From Candidatus Omnitrophota bacterium (GTDB lineage Bacteria > Omnitrophota > Gorgyraeia > Gygaellales > JBFMHM01), in the NCBI GenBank assembly GCA_040753015.1, contig JBFMHM010000005.1:14730-78729 (forward strand): DNA of 64,000 nt, in the 5' to 3' direction. Shown here in pieces: positions 55,807 to 64,000 of the stretch (its first letter is position 1; every line of letters begins with the position of its first letter). The position numbers and the translations under genes are program-made. Below the pieces are notes generated by a model that was not told where the DNA came from, ran no database searches, and worked only from the letters and a program-made list of their open reading frames with translations.

Positions 55807-56631
55807 TTATCCCTCCCAAATCAACTCTTTTATATCAAATACCGGGCCGTCGTGACAAATACGTTTTTGCCCTTTTGTTGTATTAATTACACAGGCAAGG
55901 CACGCACCAATACCACAGCCCATACCCTCATCTAAAGAAACTTGGCAATTAAGATTATTTACAGCAGCTATTTTCTGCAATGATTTAAGCATCGCATCTG
56001 GGCCACAGGCATAAATTCGATTGGCCGGTAAAAATTCTTTTAATAAATCTGTAACGCGGCCTTTAAACCCAAGGGTTCCATCGTCGGTAGCAATTCTTAC
56101 GTCGCAGCCTAAATTTTTAAACTCTTTCATACACAATACTTCATTTTTAGTTTTTGCCCCGATTAACACTATTGGCGTTTGTTTCATCTTTTGCGCCAAG
56201 AATACAAGCGGCGCAACACCAATCCCACCTGCGATTAGAATTGGTAATTGGTTATTGGGATTTGCTTTGTCATTGGTAATTTCCGCCTGAGGCGGATCAG
56301 CCTTTGGCTGAGGTGATTGGTAATTAAATCCTTTTCCAAGCGGCCCAATTACATCTAAAATATCACCGCTTGAGCTTTCGGATAAAATTTTTGTCCCACG
56401 GCCAACAAGCTCATAAAGTATTTCGATCTTACCACCTAAAATACGATGGATGCTTAAAGGCCTCCTTAACAATGGATCAAAACTTGAATTAATCTTTATA
56501 TGTAAAAATTGCCCCGGCTGGGCTAGCTTTGCGATAACAGAAGAATCTAAAATAAGTTTATAATAATTATTACAAACCCTAGTATTATCGATGATTTTTA
56601 TTTTTTTGTTTATTATATTATGTGAGTGCAT
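55807..56631 (-). CDS. pyrK: Dihydroorotate dehydrogenase electron-transfer subunit with a repeat-derived insert
   Basis: LRRPLSI, GPLG.GF, AGGIGVAP, MGCGIGACLAC, CHDGPVF. Confidence 0.9.
   Translation of the reverse strand: MHSHNIINKKIKIIDNTRVCNNYYKLILDSSVIAKLAQPGQFLHIKINSSFDPLLRRPLSIHRILGGKIEILYELVGRGTKILSESSSGDILDVIGPLGKGFNYQSPQPKADPPQAEITNDKANPNNQLPILIAGGIGVAPLVFLAQKMKQTPIVLIGAKTKNEVLCMKEFKNLGCDVRIATDDGTLGFKGRVTDLLKEFLPANRIYACGPDAMLKSLQKIAAVNNLNCQVSLDEGMGCGIGACLACVINTTKGQKRICHDGPVFDIKELIWEG
56239..56325. repeat. Heptamer (ttggtaa-type) arm with a nested 30-bp double hairpin at 56282-56311
   Basis: tccgcctgaggcgga+tcagcctttggctga inside ttggtaa/ttggtga units. Confidence 0.85.
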
Positions 56632-57181
56632 AAATTTTAAGGCCTACAAGGCTAATGACGATTGGAACAAATGAAGATATCTCCTTCTTCACCCAGATTA
56701 ATTTCAAGGGTAAATAGTTTTTTATATTGTGGCTGATAATATAATTCATTCTAGGAAATATTCTCGGCGTATTTTTTTTATAATCTTCATATTCTCTGTC
56801 AAATTTTTCAATAAGGATTTTTTCTTCTTGTTTTATAAGTGTTAGATAACGAATGGTAAAAAAGGCTAAGAAGGCAAAAAATACCCAAAATTTAAATAAA
56901 AACAGCACAATCCCTGCCCCCATTAAAAGAATACCTAGATACATAGGATTTCTAACTAACGAGTATGGGCCATCTTTTATTAATTCATGGCCTCCTCTGG
57001 AATATTCTGCCTTATACCCACGCGATGAAATTCTAATTAATTGCCCTAATAACAAAAGCGATACCCCAAGAATTTCTAAAAAACCTATGTCGCTTGCCCT
57101 TAAGAATATACTTTTAAAAATTATTATTAATGCAATACATAAGAATATTATTGTACCGTTAATTTTAATTCGATTTTTCAC
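56618..57181 (-). CDS. Isoprenylcysteine carboxyl methyltransferase family membrane protein
   Basis: GPYSLVRNPMYLG, EE..L..F..EY..Y...PR. Confidence 0.85.
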   Translation of the reverse strand: MKNRIKINGTIIFLCIALIIIFKSIFLRASDIGFLEILGVSLLLLGQLIRISSRGYKAEYSRGGHELIKDGPYSLVRNPMYLGILLMGAGIVLFLFKFWVFFAFLAFFTIRYLTLIKQEEKILIEKFDREYEDYKKNTPRIFPRMNYIISHNIKNYLPLKLIWVKKEISSFVPIVISLVGLKIYALT

Positions 57182-57189
57182 TATAATAC

Positions 57190-57720
57190 CTATGACTGCG
57201 ATTGCCTCATTTTAACCAGATTATCAATCTCTTGGTTAGTTTCTTGAACAATTTTATCTCCTTCTGCATCGAGCCGCTTCTGAACAGCTTCATTTGTAAG
57301 CGTCGAAGGATCAAGTTTTTTAATTAATAACTCAAGCGCTTCAATATTGAGTTGATGATATTTTTTAAGAGAATCAGGAGGGTTTAATGTATTCAGGTTT
57401 GAAATCAGGCCCTGAATGTCCATTTTTAATTTTGCAAACATTGCGTCTACGTTTATCTTACTCTTATTCCCATTTGCCGCATCCTGGACTACCGAATCTA
57501 AATAATTTTCTAAATCTTTATTATTAACCATAAACTCTTCCATCTTTATCTGGGCTAGCATAAAATAATTATTTTCCTCGGAAGTAAGATATTGCTTAAT
57601 ATCTTCCATCATGTAAGCATCTTTAGGCTTATCTTCATTGTTTAAATCCTGAGCTTGCGCATAAATATTAAAAACTAATAATGAAACCATCAAACTTATA
57701 AATACTATTTTTTTAAACAT
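57190..57720 (-). CDS. Hypothetical exported helical protein
   Basis: N-terminal signal peptide; GAGGAG RBS upstream. Confidence 0.55.
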   Translation of the reverse strand: MFKKIVFISLMVSLLVFNIYAQAQDLNNEDKPKDAYMMEDIKQYLTSEENNYFMLAQIKMEEFMVNNKDLENYLDSVVQDAANGNKSKINVDAMFAKLKMDIQGLISNLNTLNPPDSLKKYHQLNIEALELLIKKLDPSTLTNEAVQKRLDAEGDKIVQETNQEIDNLVKMRQSQS

Positions 57721-57757
57721 TTTTCTCCTCTCTGCAATTTTTGCGTTTTAGCGGTTA

Positions 57758-58558
57758 CTACTTTTGGCATCTAGGGCAAAAATATGTCCCTCTTCCCCCA
57801 AGAGAAATTCTTTGTATGGGTGTTTTACAAATTAAACATGGTTTTTTATACCTGTCATAAACTTTATGATATTGAACATAATTCCCTGGTTTTCCGCTTA
57901 GTTTCACATATTGATCAACTGACGAACCTCCGTGCTTTATCGCTTCAGACAGCACCACTTTTATTTCTTTAAATAAAACCTCCTTTTCTTTCTCTGATAA
58001 ACTTATTGCCTGTCTTGCAGGGTGAATTTTTGCACCAAACAATGCCTCAGCAGCATAAAGATTACCTATGCCAGAAACCAATTTTTGATCCATTAACAAA
58101 GGCTTAATTTTCGTTTTTCTATTATCTATTATTTCTTTAAATTGGCCTGTCGTTAAATCAAAAGGTTCTGGCCCAAGCTCTTTAACAAATTTTAAATTGT
58201 GCCAATCATCAATTAATCTCAATTCACCTAAAAGACGCGAATCATTGAAATCAAGCAATTTACCATCAGACAGCCTAAAACTAACACGGGATTTTATTAA
58301 ATTTCCCGGATAAACTAATTGGCCAGTCATCCTTAAATGAATTGCTAAACACTTGCCACTAGATAGCTCTAAAATTAAGAGTTTCCCGCGGCGAATAATA
58401 TTGTTTATTTTAACATTCTTTAAATACTTTACAAAATCTTCTTTTTTGGGCTGCTTGATAACCTTGGAATTATTTATAATAATATCCGTTATTTTTTTGC
58501 CCAAAATACTAGCTTCCAGCCCCTTTTTAATCGTTTCGACTTCTGGTAATTCTGGCAT
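57758..58558 (-). CDS. mutM: Formamidopyrimidine-DNA glycosylase
   Basis: MPELPEVET start, HLRMTG, GIGNLYA.E, zinc finger. Confidence 0.95.
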   Translation of the reverse strand: MPELPEVETIKKGLEASILGKKITDIIINNSKVIKQPKKEDFVKYLKNVKINNIIRRGKLLILELSSGKCLAIHLRMTGQLVYPGNLIKSRVSFRLSDGKLLDFNDSRLLGELRLIDDWHNLKFVKELGPEPFDLTTGQFKEIIDNRKTKIKPLLMDQKLVSGIGNLYAAEALFGAKIHPARQAISLSEKEKEVLFKEIKVVLSEAIKHGGSSVDQYVKLSGKPGNYVQYHKVYDRYKKPCLICKTPIQRISLGGRGTYFCPRCQK

Positions 58559-58574
58559 AATCTTCCTTTTTTTA

Positions 58575-58646
58575 TGCGCCTGGCTGGAGTCGAACCAGCA
58601 CACCTGGCTCCGGAGGCCAGTGCCCTATCCATTGGGCGACAGGCGC
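58575..58646 (-). tRNA. tRNA-Arg(CCG)
   Basis: GCGCCTGTCGCCCAATGGATAGGGCACTGGCCTCCGGAGCCAG...GGTTCGACTCC...CAGGCGCA. Confidence 0.9.
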
Positions 58647-58655
58647 GTAAAAATT

Positions 58656-58685
58656 TCCGCCAAATGCGGATCAGCCTCTGGCTGA
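58656..58685. repeat. 30-bp double-hairpin element, 9 nt upstream of tRNA-Arg
   Basis: tccgccaaatgcgga+tcagcctctggctga. Confidence 0.85.
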
Positions 58686-58696
58686 AAAATTTTCCA

Positions 58697-59944
58697 TTAA
58701 AATAAATTTAGTTGTTCTTCTTTATTTGTTTTATTTTTTAATTTCTCTTGAATAAGGACTTGTATCTTGCCATATTCTCCGTCGTAACCTGGTTGTAGTT
58801 TAACAAGGCCAGCTCGTACAGCAATTATTGCTTTAGCTTGTTTTTCTGGTAAATTTTCTATTAAGTCTTCTTCACTTGCTTTAAGCAAGCAATTAAATTC
58901 TGTATGAAATTTTGCAATCGTATTGAAATATTCTTTTTCAACTGTTTTCGATTGCGGCGCAACATCTAAAACATCAGCAATAATTTCTTCTAAAGGAATT
59001 AAGTTTTTATAAGGAATAGAATTGTGGGGTATAAATCCTTCTGGCCTATCAGCAAGTTGATCCACTCTATTCATTACGCCAATTGTTAAAAGCCTCCCAC
59101 ACTTTGGGCAGATATTTTTGTGTTTTTTTGCCTCTTGCGGCGAAAAACACACTCCGCAATTTCTATGCCCATCAAAATGATATTTCCCTTCTTCAGGAAA
59201 AAATTCAATTGTATATAAGAAGCGTTTTTTATCCTTTGTTTTAAGCACATCCCTGATTGTCTTATAATTAAGTTCGCAGTCAAAGACATTTGCCTCACGG
59301 CCAATTTTTGCCGGGCTATGCGAATCAGAATTGCTGATTAGGGTGATCTTATCTAAAGCTGAAAGCCGCCAATTCATTTGCGGGTCGCTGCTAAGCCCCG
59401 TCTCGATAGAAAATATTTTTGGTGTCAGCTCTTCAAAACAATCTTCTAGCCTATCAAATCCTGACATTGAACCAAATACACTAAACCAAGGCGTCCAGGC
59501 ATGGCCGGGTATAACCATACAATTTTCATCGATATCAAAAACTAGCTTTGCTAGATTTTTTGCATCCATGCCAATTATCGGACGGCCATCACTAGTTAAA
59601 TTTGCGCCATATCTAATTAAGGCCTGGTTTATTTTTTCAACTATCTTAAAGCTAGGTGCAAAAATAATATTGTGAATTCGATAGGTTTTCCCGCGCTTGG
59701 AATAAATTGAGCTAATTTCAGCAGTTAGAATAAAATTTACGTTATTATAGGTAAACAGGCCATTATCCAGCGGCTCTAATTTTGATTTTAACTCTTGTAG
59801 CCAGAGATGGTGCGTAAAATCACCTGTGCCGATTAGTTGGATGCCTTTGATATTTGCCCATTTGGCAATATTTTCAATATCCATATCGCGGCTGGTTGCC
59901 CGCGAATATTTTGAGTGTATATGAAAATCAGCTATAAATTCCAT
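58697..59944 (-). CDS. Endonuclease Q-like PHP-domain protein
   Basis: ADFHIHSKYS, GTGD, HAWTP, SNSDSHS, C..C/CPKC, PGYDGEYG. Confidence 0.8.
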   Translation of the reverse strand: MEFIADFHIHSKYSRATSRDMDIENIAKWANIKGIQLIGTGDFTHHLWLQELKSKLEPLDNGLFTYNNVNFILTAEISSIYSKRGKTYRIHNIIFAPSFKIVEKINQALIRYGANLTSDGRPIIGMDAKNLAKLVFDIDENCMVIPGHAWTPWFSVFGSMSGFDRLEDCFEELTPKIFSIETGLSSDPQMNWRLSALDKITLISNSDSHSPAKIGREANVFDCELNYKTIRDVLKTKDKKRFLYTIEFFPEEGKYHFDGHRNCGVCFSPQEAKKHKNICPKCGRLLTIGVMNRVDQLADRPEGFIPHNSIPYKNLIPLEEIIADVLDVAPQSKTVEKEYFNTIAKFHTEFNCLLKASEEDLIENLPEKQAKAIIAVRAGLVKLQPGYDGEYGKIQVLIQEKLKNKTNKEEQLNLF

Positions 59945-61212
59945 TGATAAGCAACTTTTCCGTGATAGATAGTATAAATAACCGCACCTTTTACCTTTCT
60001 ACCGATAAAAGGCGAGTTTTTAGATTTTGAAACAATTTTTTCTTTAGCCAGAATAAATTCTTTATCTGCATCAATAATAACTATATCTGCGTTACTGCCA
60101 ACGCTCAAACTACCTGCCTCTATTCCTAAAATATTTGCTGGGTTTACAGCTATTTTATTAACTAACTCTAGCCAAGACAATATTTTCTTATCAATTAATT
60201 CCATAATACTTACTGCCAAACCAGACTCAAGCCCAATTTTTCCAAATTCTGCGCGGTCAAACTCAATATCTTTCTCATTTTCCGTGTGCGGTGCGTGATC
60301 AGAAGCAATTGTATCGATTATCCCATCTTTTAGGCCTTGTTTTATTGCGCTAATATCGTCTTTAGTGCGCAGCGGCGGATTTATTTTCATATTTGTGTCA
60401 TAATCAATAATATCGTCTTCGGATAAGGCAAAATAATGCGGAGCAGTTTCACAAGTACATCTTACGCCTGCTTTTTTTGCTTTTCTTATAACATCAACTG
60501 ATTCTGCGCAGCTAACATGGGCAATATGAATTGCTGTATTAGTTTTTTTAGCTAATTCGATATTGCGTTTCACGCGCAAAAATTCACTTTCTTTTGATAT
60601 GCCGCGTAAGCCTAAGCGTGTTGCAACAATACCGCGGTTAACTACGCCATTTCTCGATAAACTTTTGTCTTCGCAGTGGGAGATTAAAATGATTTTATTT
60701 TTCTTTGCCAACTTTAGTGCCTGTAAAAATAAATTTTCATCGTCAACATCTGAACCATCATCAGAAATTGCAACAACTCCTGCCTCTGCAAACCTCTTTA
60801 TATCAACTAACTCTTGGCCCTGGCGGTTTTTTGTAATCGCGCCACAAATATAAACATCGCACCCTGCATCCTTTTTAATAATATTTTTTAAAAGCTTGAT
60901 ACTTTCTAAAGAATCTATGGCTGGGGTAGTATTAGGCATACTCACAACACCAGTTACTCCGCCTTTTAATGCAGCAAGTGTACCAGTATAAACGGTTTCT
61001 TTGTCTTCACGCCCCGGCTCTCGTAAATGCACATGCATATCAACTGCACCTGGAGCAACGATTAAACCGCTAGCATTAATTTCTTTATCAGCTTTGATTT
61101 TTATATCTTTTGCAACCTTAGATATTTTTTCTCCATCAATTAAAATATCTAATACTTCGTCAATATTATTCGCCGGGTCAACTACACGTCCATTCTTTAT
61201 TAATAGTTTCAT
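59932..61212 (-). CDS. pyrC: Dihydroorotase
   Basis: DMHVHLREPG, MPNT, HCED, KINPPLR, ASDHAPH; start MKLLIKNG. Confidence 0.93.
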   Translation of the reverse strand: MKLLIKNGRVVDPANNIDEVLDILIDGEKISKVAKDIKIKADKEINASGLIVAPGAVDMHVHLREPGREDKETVYTGTLAALKGGVTGVVSMPNTTPAIDSLESIKLLKNIIKKDAGCDVYICGAITKNRQGQELVDIKRFAEAGVVAISDDGSDVDDENLFLQALKLAKKNKIILISHCEDKSLSRNGVVNRGIVATRLGLRGISKESEFLRVKRNIELAKKTNTAIHIAHVSCAESVDVIRKAKKAGVRCTCETAPHYFALSEDDIIDYDTNMKINPPLRTKDDISAIKQGLKDGIIDTIASDHAPHTENEKDIEFDRAEFGKIGLESGLAVSIMELIDKKILSWLELVNKIAVNPANILGIEAGSLSVGSNADIVIIDADKEFILAKEKIVSKSKNSPFIGRKVKGAVIYTIYHGKVAYQWNL

Positions 61213-61215
61213 ATT

Positions 61216-61334
61216 AAATTTCCAATTCACCAATTACCCAAGCCCAAATAAATGTCCAATTATCCAATTTCAATATTTTTGGACAATTGGTTATTGGGAT
61301 TTTATTTGACATTGGGATTTGGTCATTTGTCATT
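61216..61334. repeat. Gene-less inverted heptamer-array element between pyrB and pyrC
   Basis: ccaatt-rich arm followed by an aattgg/atttgg-rich arm; shares aattggttattgggattt with the pyrK insert. Confidence 0.75.
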
Positions 61335-62259
61335 ATTTTTCTCTTCCTTGAGACACTAAAAAAAGTACTGCCATTCTAACAGCAATGCCATTTGTAACCT
61401 GTTCCAAAATTACAGAATTTTTCCCATCAGCTATTTCGCTTGAAATTTCAATGCCTCTATTTAAAGGCCCGGGATGCATTACAATAATATCTTTCTTTGC
61501 TTTTTCTAACCTTTCTTTTGTAATGCCGTAATTTTTAAAATATTCCATTTGCTTGGGAAACGCCCCCTCCCCATCGCGCTCAAATTGCATGCGCAGGGCA
61601 TTTACAGCATCAGCATTTTTAAGCGATTTCTCAAGGTCATGCGAAACTTTAACACCAAGCTCTTCAATTGCCGGAGGGATTAACATCTCTGGAGCGCACA
61701 CTGTAACATTTGCGCCCAGCTTGGTTAGGCCCCAAATATTTGAACGGGCAACCCGTGAATGAGCAATATCGCCGACAATTGTTACATTTAGCCCAGAAAT
61801 CTTTCCTAATTTTTCTTTTAAAGTAAAAATATCAAGCAAAGCTTGTGTAGGATGCTCGTGCCAACCATCGCCAGCATTTACCACGCTAATTTTTAGATGC
61901 TTAGCCAAGAGTACTGGCGCACCAGAATAATTGTGACGCATAACAATGATATCAGCATTAAGTGCTTGAATATTTAGGCCGGTATCAATTAAGGTTTCGC
62001 CTTTTTTAACAGACGACGTTTCTGTTTCAATATTAATCACATCTGCAGAAAGGCGTTTTGCGGCAATTTCAAATGATACTCGCGTGCGCGTTGAAGGCTC
62101 ATAAAATAAATTTACAACTGTTTTTCCCCTAAGTGCCGGAACCTTCTTAATTTCTCTGGTTGTAACTTCTTTGAAGGATTCCGCTGTTGTAAGAATCAAT
62201 TCAATTTCTTCTTTGGTTAAATTTTCCAGCCCCAACAAATCTTTTTTTGTCCAAATCAT
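61333..62259 (-). CDS. pyrB: Aspartate carbamoyltransferase
   Basis: [20 protein letters not shown]. Confidence 0.95.
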   Translation of the reverse strand: MIWTKKDLLGLENLTKEEIELILTTAESFKEVTTREIKKVPALRGKTVVNLFYEPSTRTRVSFEIAAKRLSADVINIETETSSVKKGETLIDTGLNIQALNADIIVMRHNYSGAPVLLAKHLKISVVNAGDGWHEHPTQALLDIFTLKEKLGKISGLNVTIVGDIAHSRVARSNIWGLTKLGANVTVCAPEMLIPPAIEELGVKVSHDLEKSLKNADAVNALRMQFERDGEGAFPKQMEYFKNYGITKERLEKAKKDIIVMHPGPLNRGIEISSEIADGKNSVILEQVTNGIAVRMAVLFLVSQGREK

Positions 62260-62792
62260 TTTTCTGTTATCACCACTTCGTCTTTACCATCAATTTCTGC
62301 TAAGCGTACTTCAACATTTTCTTTAAGTGAGGTTGGAATATTTTTTCCAACGAAATCTGCACGAATAGGAAGCTCTCGATGCCCTCGGTCAACTAAAACT
62401 GCAAGTTGAATTGACTTTGGACGGCCAAAGTCAATCAACTCATCCAACGCACACCTAATTGTCCGCCCAGTATAGAGAACATCATCAACTAAAATCACGG
62501 TTCTTTCGAAAATATCAAAATTGATCTCTGTTTTTTGTACAACTGGCTGGGCTGAAACTAGACTTAAATCATCGCGGTACAAAGTTATGTCTAGGCTGCC
62601 TATTTGCGGCCGAAGCCCTTTGATATTTTTTATGCAGTCTGCCAAACGGTTTGCTAAGTGCACACCTCTTCGCTGAATACCGATAATCACTAAATCACTG
62701 CTGGTATTTTTCTCGAGTATTTCATGGGCAATCCGCATAAGAGATCTTTCAATTGCCTCTTTGTCTATTATTTTTGCTTTCTCTTGAAACAT
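62256..62792 (-). CDS. pyrR: PyrR attenuation protein / uracil phosphoribosyltransferase
   Basis: [35 protein letters not shown]. Confidence 0.95.
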   Translation of the reverse strand: MFQEKAKIIDKEAIERSLMRIAHEILEKNTSSDLVIIGIQRRGVHLANRLADCIKNIKGLRPQIGSLDITLYRDDLSLVSAQPVVQKTEINFDIFERTVILVDDVLYTGRTIRCALDELIDFGRPKSIQLAVLVDRGHRELPIRADFVGKNIPTSLKENVEVRLAEIDGKDEVVITEK

Positions 62793-62798
62793 AATTAA

Positions 62799-64000
62799 TT
62801 ATTCTTGAATTAGCTTATCTAAATCTGATAGACACGAATTAATATTTACAGCTAACGCACTGTTAGTCAGCGGCGTGTCTAAATCAACTAAAGAAATAAT
62901 TTTTCCGGGCTTAATGTTTAATTTAGAAAATATTTTCTTAAAGCTATCTACTGCCTTTGCCATATTTATTGTAGGGGTCTTAGTAAGTTTTATTTCAAAT
63001 GGAAAAATCTCTAAATTTTTTTCAATAATTAAATCTATTTCTAAATTATTAGGTGTCCTAAGATAAAATAAATTTGGCCTTACACCACGATTAAAAAATA
63101 ATTTAACCACTTCTTGAACAACAAAGTTTTCAAACAACGCGCCGCTCATCGGCCCGGAAAATAATTGCTCTTTATGCTTTATTGTAGTTAAATAACACAC
63201 TAACCCCGTGTCTAAGAAATACACTTTCGGGCTTTTGGTAATGCGCTTACCAAGATTAGAATAATATGGCGGTAAAATATAGATGAGCTGGCTTGCTTCT
63301 AATATAGAAAGCCATTTTTTAATTGTGTTGACGCTTATGCCTAAATCATTTGAAAAATTGCTCAGATTTAAAATTTGTGCTGTGCGCGCGGCTAAAAGAT
63401 ACAAAAATTGTTGAAATTCTCTTAAGCTCCTAACATTATAAACCGAGCGGATATCTCTTTCTAGATAAGTTTGGATATAGCTCCCATACCAATTAGAAGG
63501 ATCGATATTCTTATGAATAGCAATTTCCGGAAATGACCCTCGCAGGCAAGCATGAATAAAGCTTGTTCTAGTATCATTGATTTTATCTTTTAACAATGTT
63601 ATGGATTTTTTCTCTTCCAGGCTAAATGGCAATAGGTTAAATAAAACAATTCTTCCTGCGAGGCTGTCGCCTAAATTTTTAATTAACTGGAATTGTTGAG
63701 AGCCGGTAATAATAAATCGTCCATTTCGATGGCGATCTTGATCAATTAAAATTTTCAAATAAGAAAGAAGCTGCGGCACATACTGAATTTCATCAAAAAT
63801 TATATGCTCTCCGGCATTTTCAATAAATAACTTCGGATCATTGATTGCCTTCTCCCGCGTTAATGGATCATCAAAAGAAATAATTGAATGGGTTCTGCCA
63901 AATATATTTTTAAGTAAGGTTGACTTCCCTGACTGTCTAGGGCCGCATAATGCCAAAGAGGGAAAATGCTTAATTTGTTTTTTTATGATTTCGGCTATTT
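62799..64000 (-). CDS. AAA_14/DUF4143 ATPase (start lies beyond the window)
   Basis: GPRQSGKS, FDEIQ, TGSQ, YLERD, KSPKVYFLDTG, EID..FEIK; the frame stays open to the window edge. Confidence 0.82.
   Translation of the reverse strand, partial: IAEIIKKQIKHFPSLALCGPRQSGKSTLLKNIFGRTHSIISFDDPLTREKAINDPKLFIENAGEHIIFDEIQYVPQLLSYLKILIDQDRHRNGRFIITGSQQFQLIKNLGDSLAGRIVLFNLLPFSLEEKKSITLLKDKINDTRTSFIHACLRGSFPEIAIHKNIDPSNWYGSYIQTYLERDIRSVYNVRSLREFQQFLYLLAARTAQILNLSNFSNDLGISVNTIKKWLSILEASQLIYILPPYYSNLGKRITKSPKVYFLDTGLVCYLTTIKHKEQLFSGPMSGALFENFVVQEVVKLFFNRGVRPNLFYLRTPNNLEIDLIIEKNLEIFPFEIKLTKTPTINMAKAVDSFKKIFSKLNIKPGKIISLVDLDTPLTNSALAVNINSCLSDLDKLIQE

Noticed and set aside
58559-58603. N-terminal extension of MutM given by the ORF track
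   Set aside because: Overlaps tRNA-Arg; MutM requires the N-terminal Pro of MPELPEV

Overview
AT-rich bacterial chromosomal segment with almost all genes on the minus strand. The giant-protein family, the E-C-A-B-D-I-K V-ATPase order and GTP-PEPCK suggest Candidatus Omnitrophota or a related PVC lineage (inference). The backbone carries purH, purC, a pyr cluster, pabBC, pstSCAB-B-phoU, phoBR, a short kdpDE, trkH, pckG, mutM, a V/A-type ATPase operon and three tRNAs (Asp, Val, Arg). Three layers stand out. (1) A small GIY-YIG nuclease gene is bounded by a 28-nt direct repeat of the tRNA-Val 5' end, and a 30-bp double-hairpin element beside it recurs four times in the window, twice in-frame inside proteins. 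(2) A four-helix-bundle gene flanked by inverted heptamer arrays has gene-less relatives, and several other palindromic micro-insertions sit in-frame in proteins. (3) A ~9.7-kb island splits the V-ATPase operon and carries AbiE, MNT-HEPN, Fic, a 2089-aa modular protein and an orphan copy of that protein's C-terminus. All calls come from motif reading; no database search was run.
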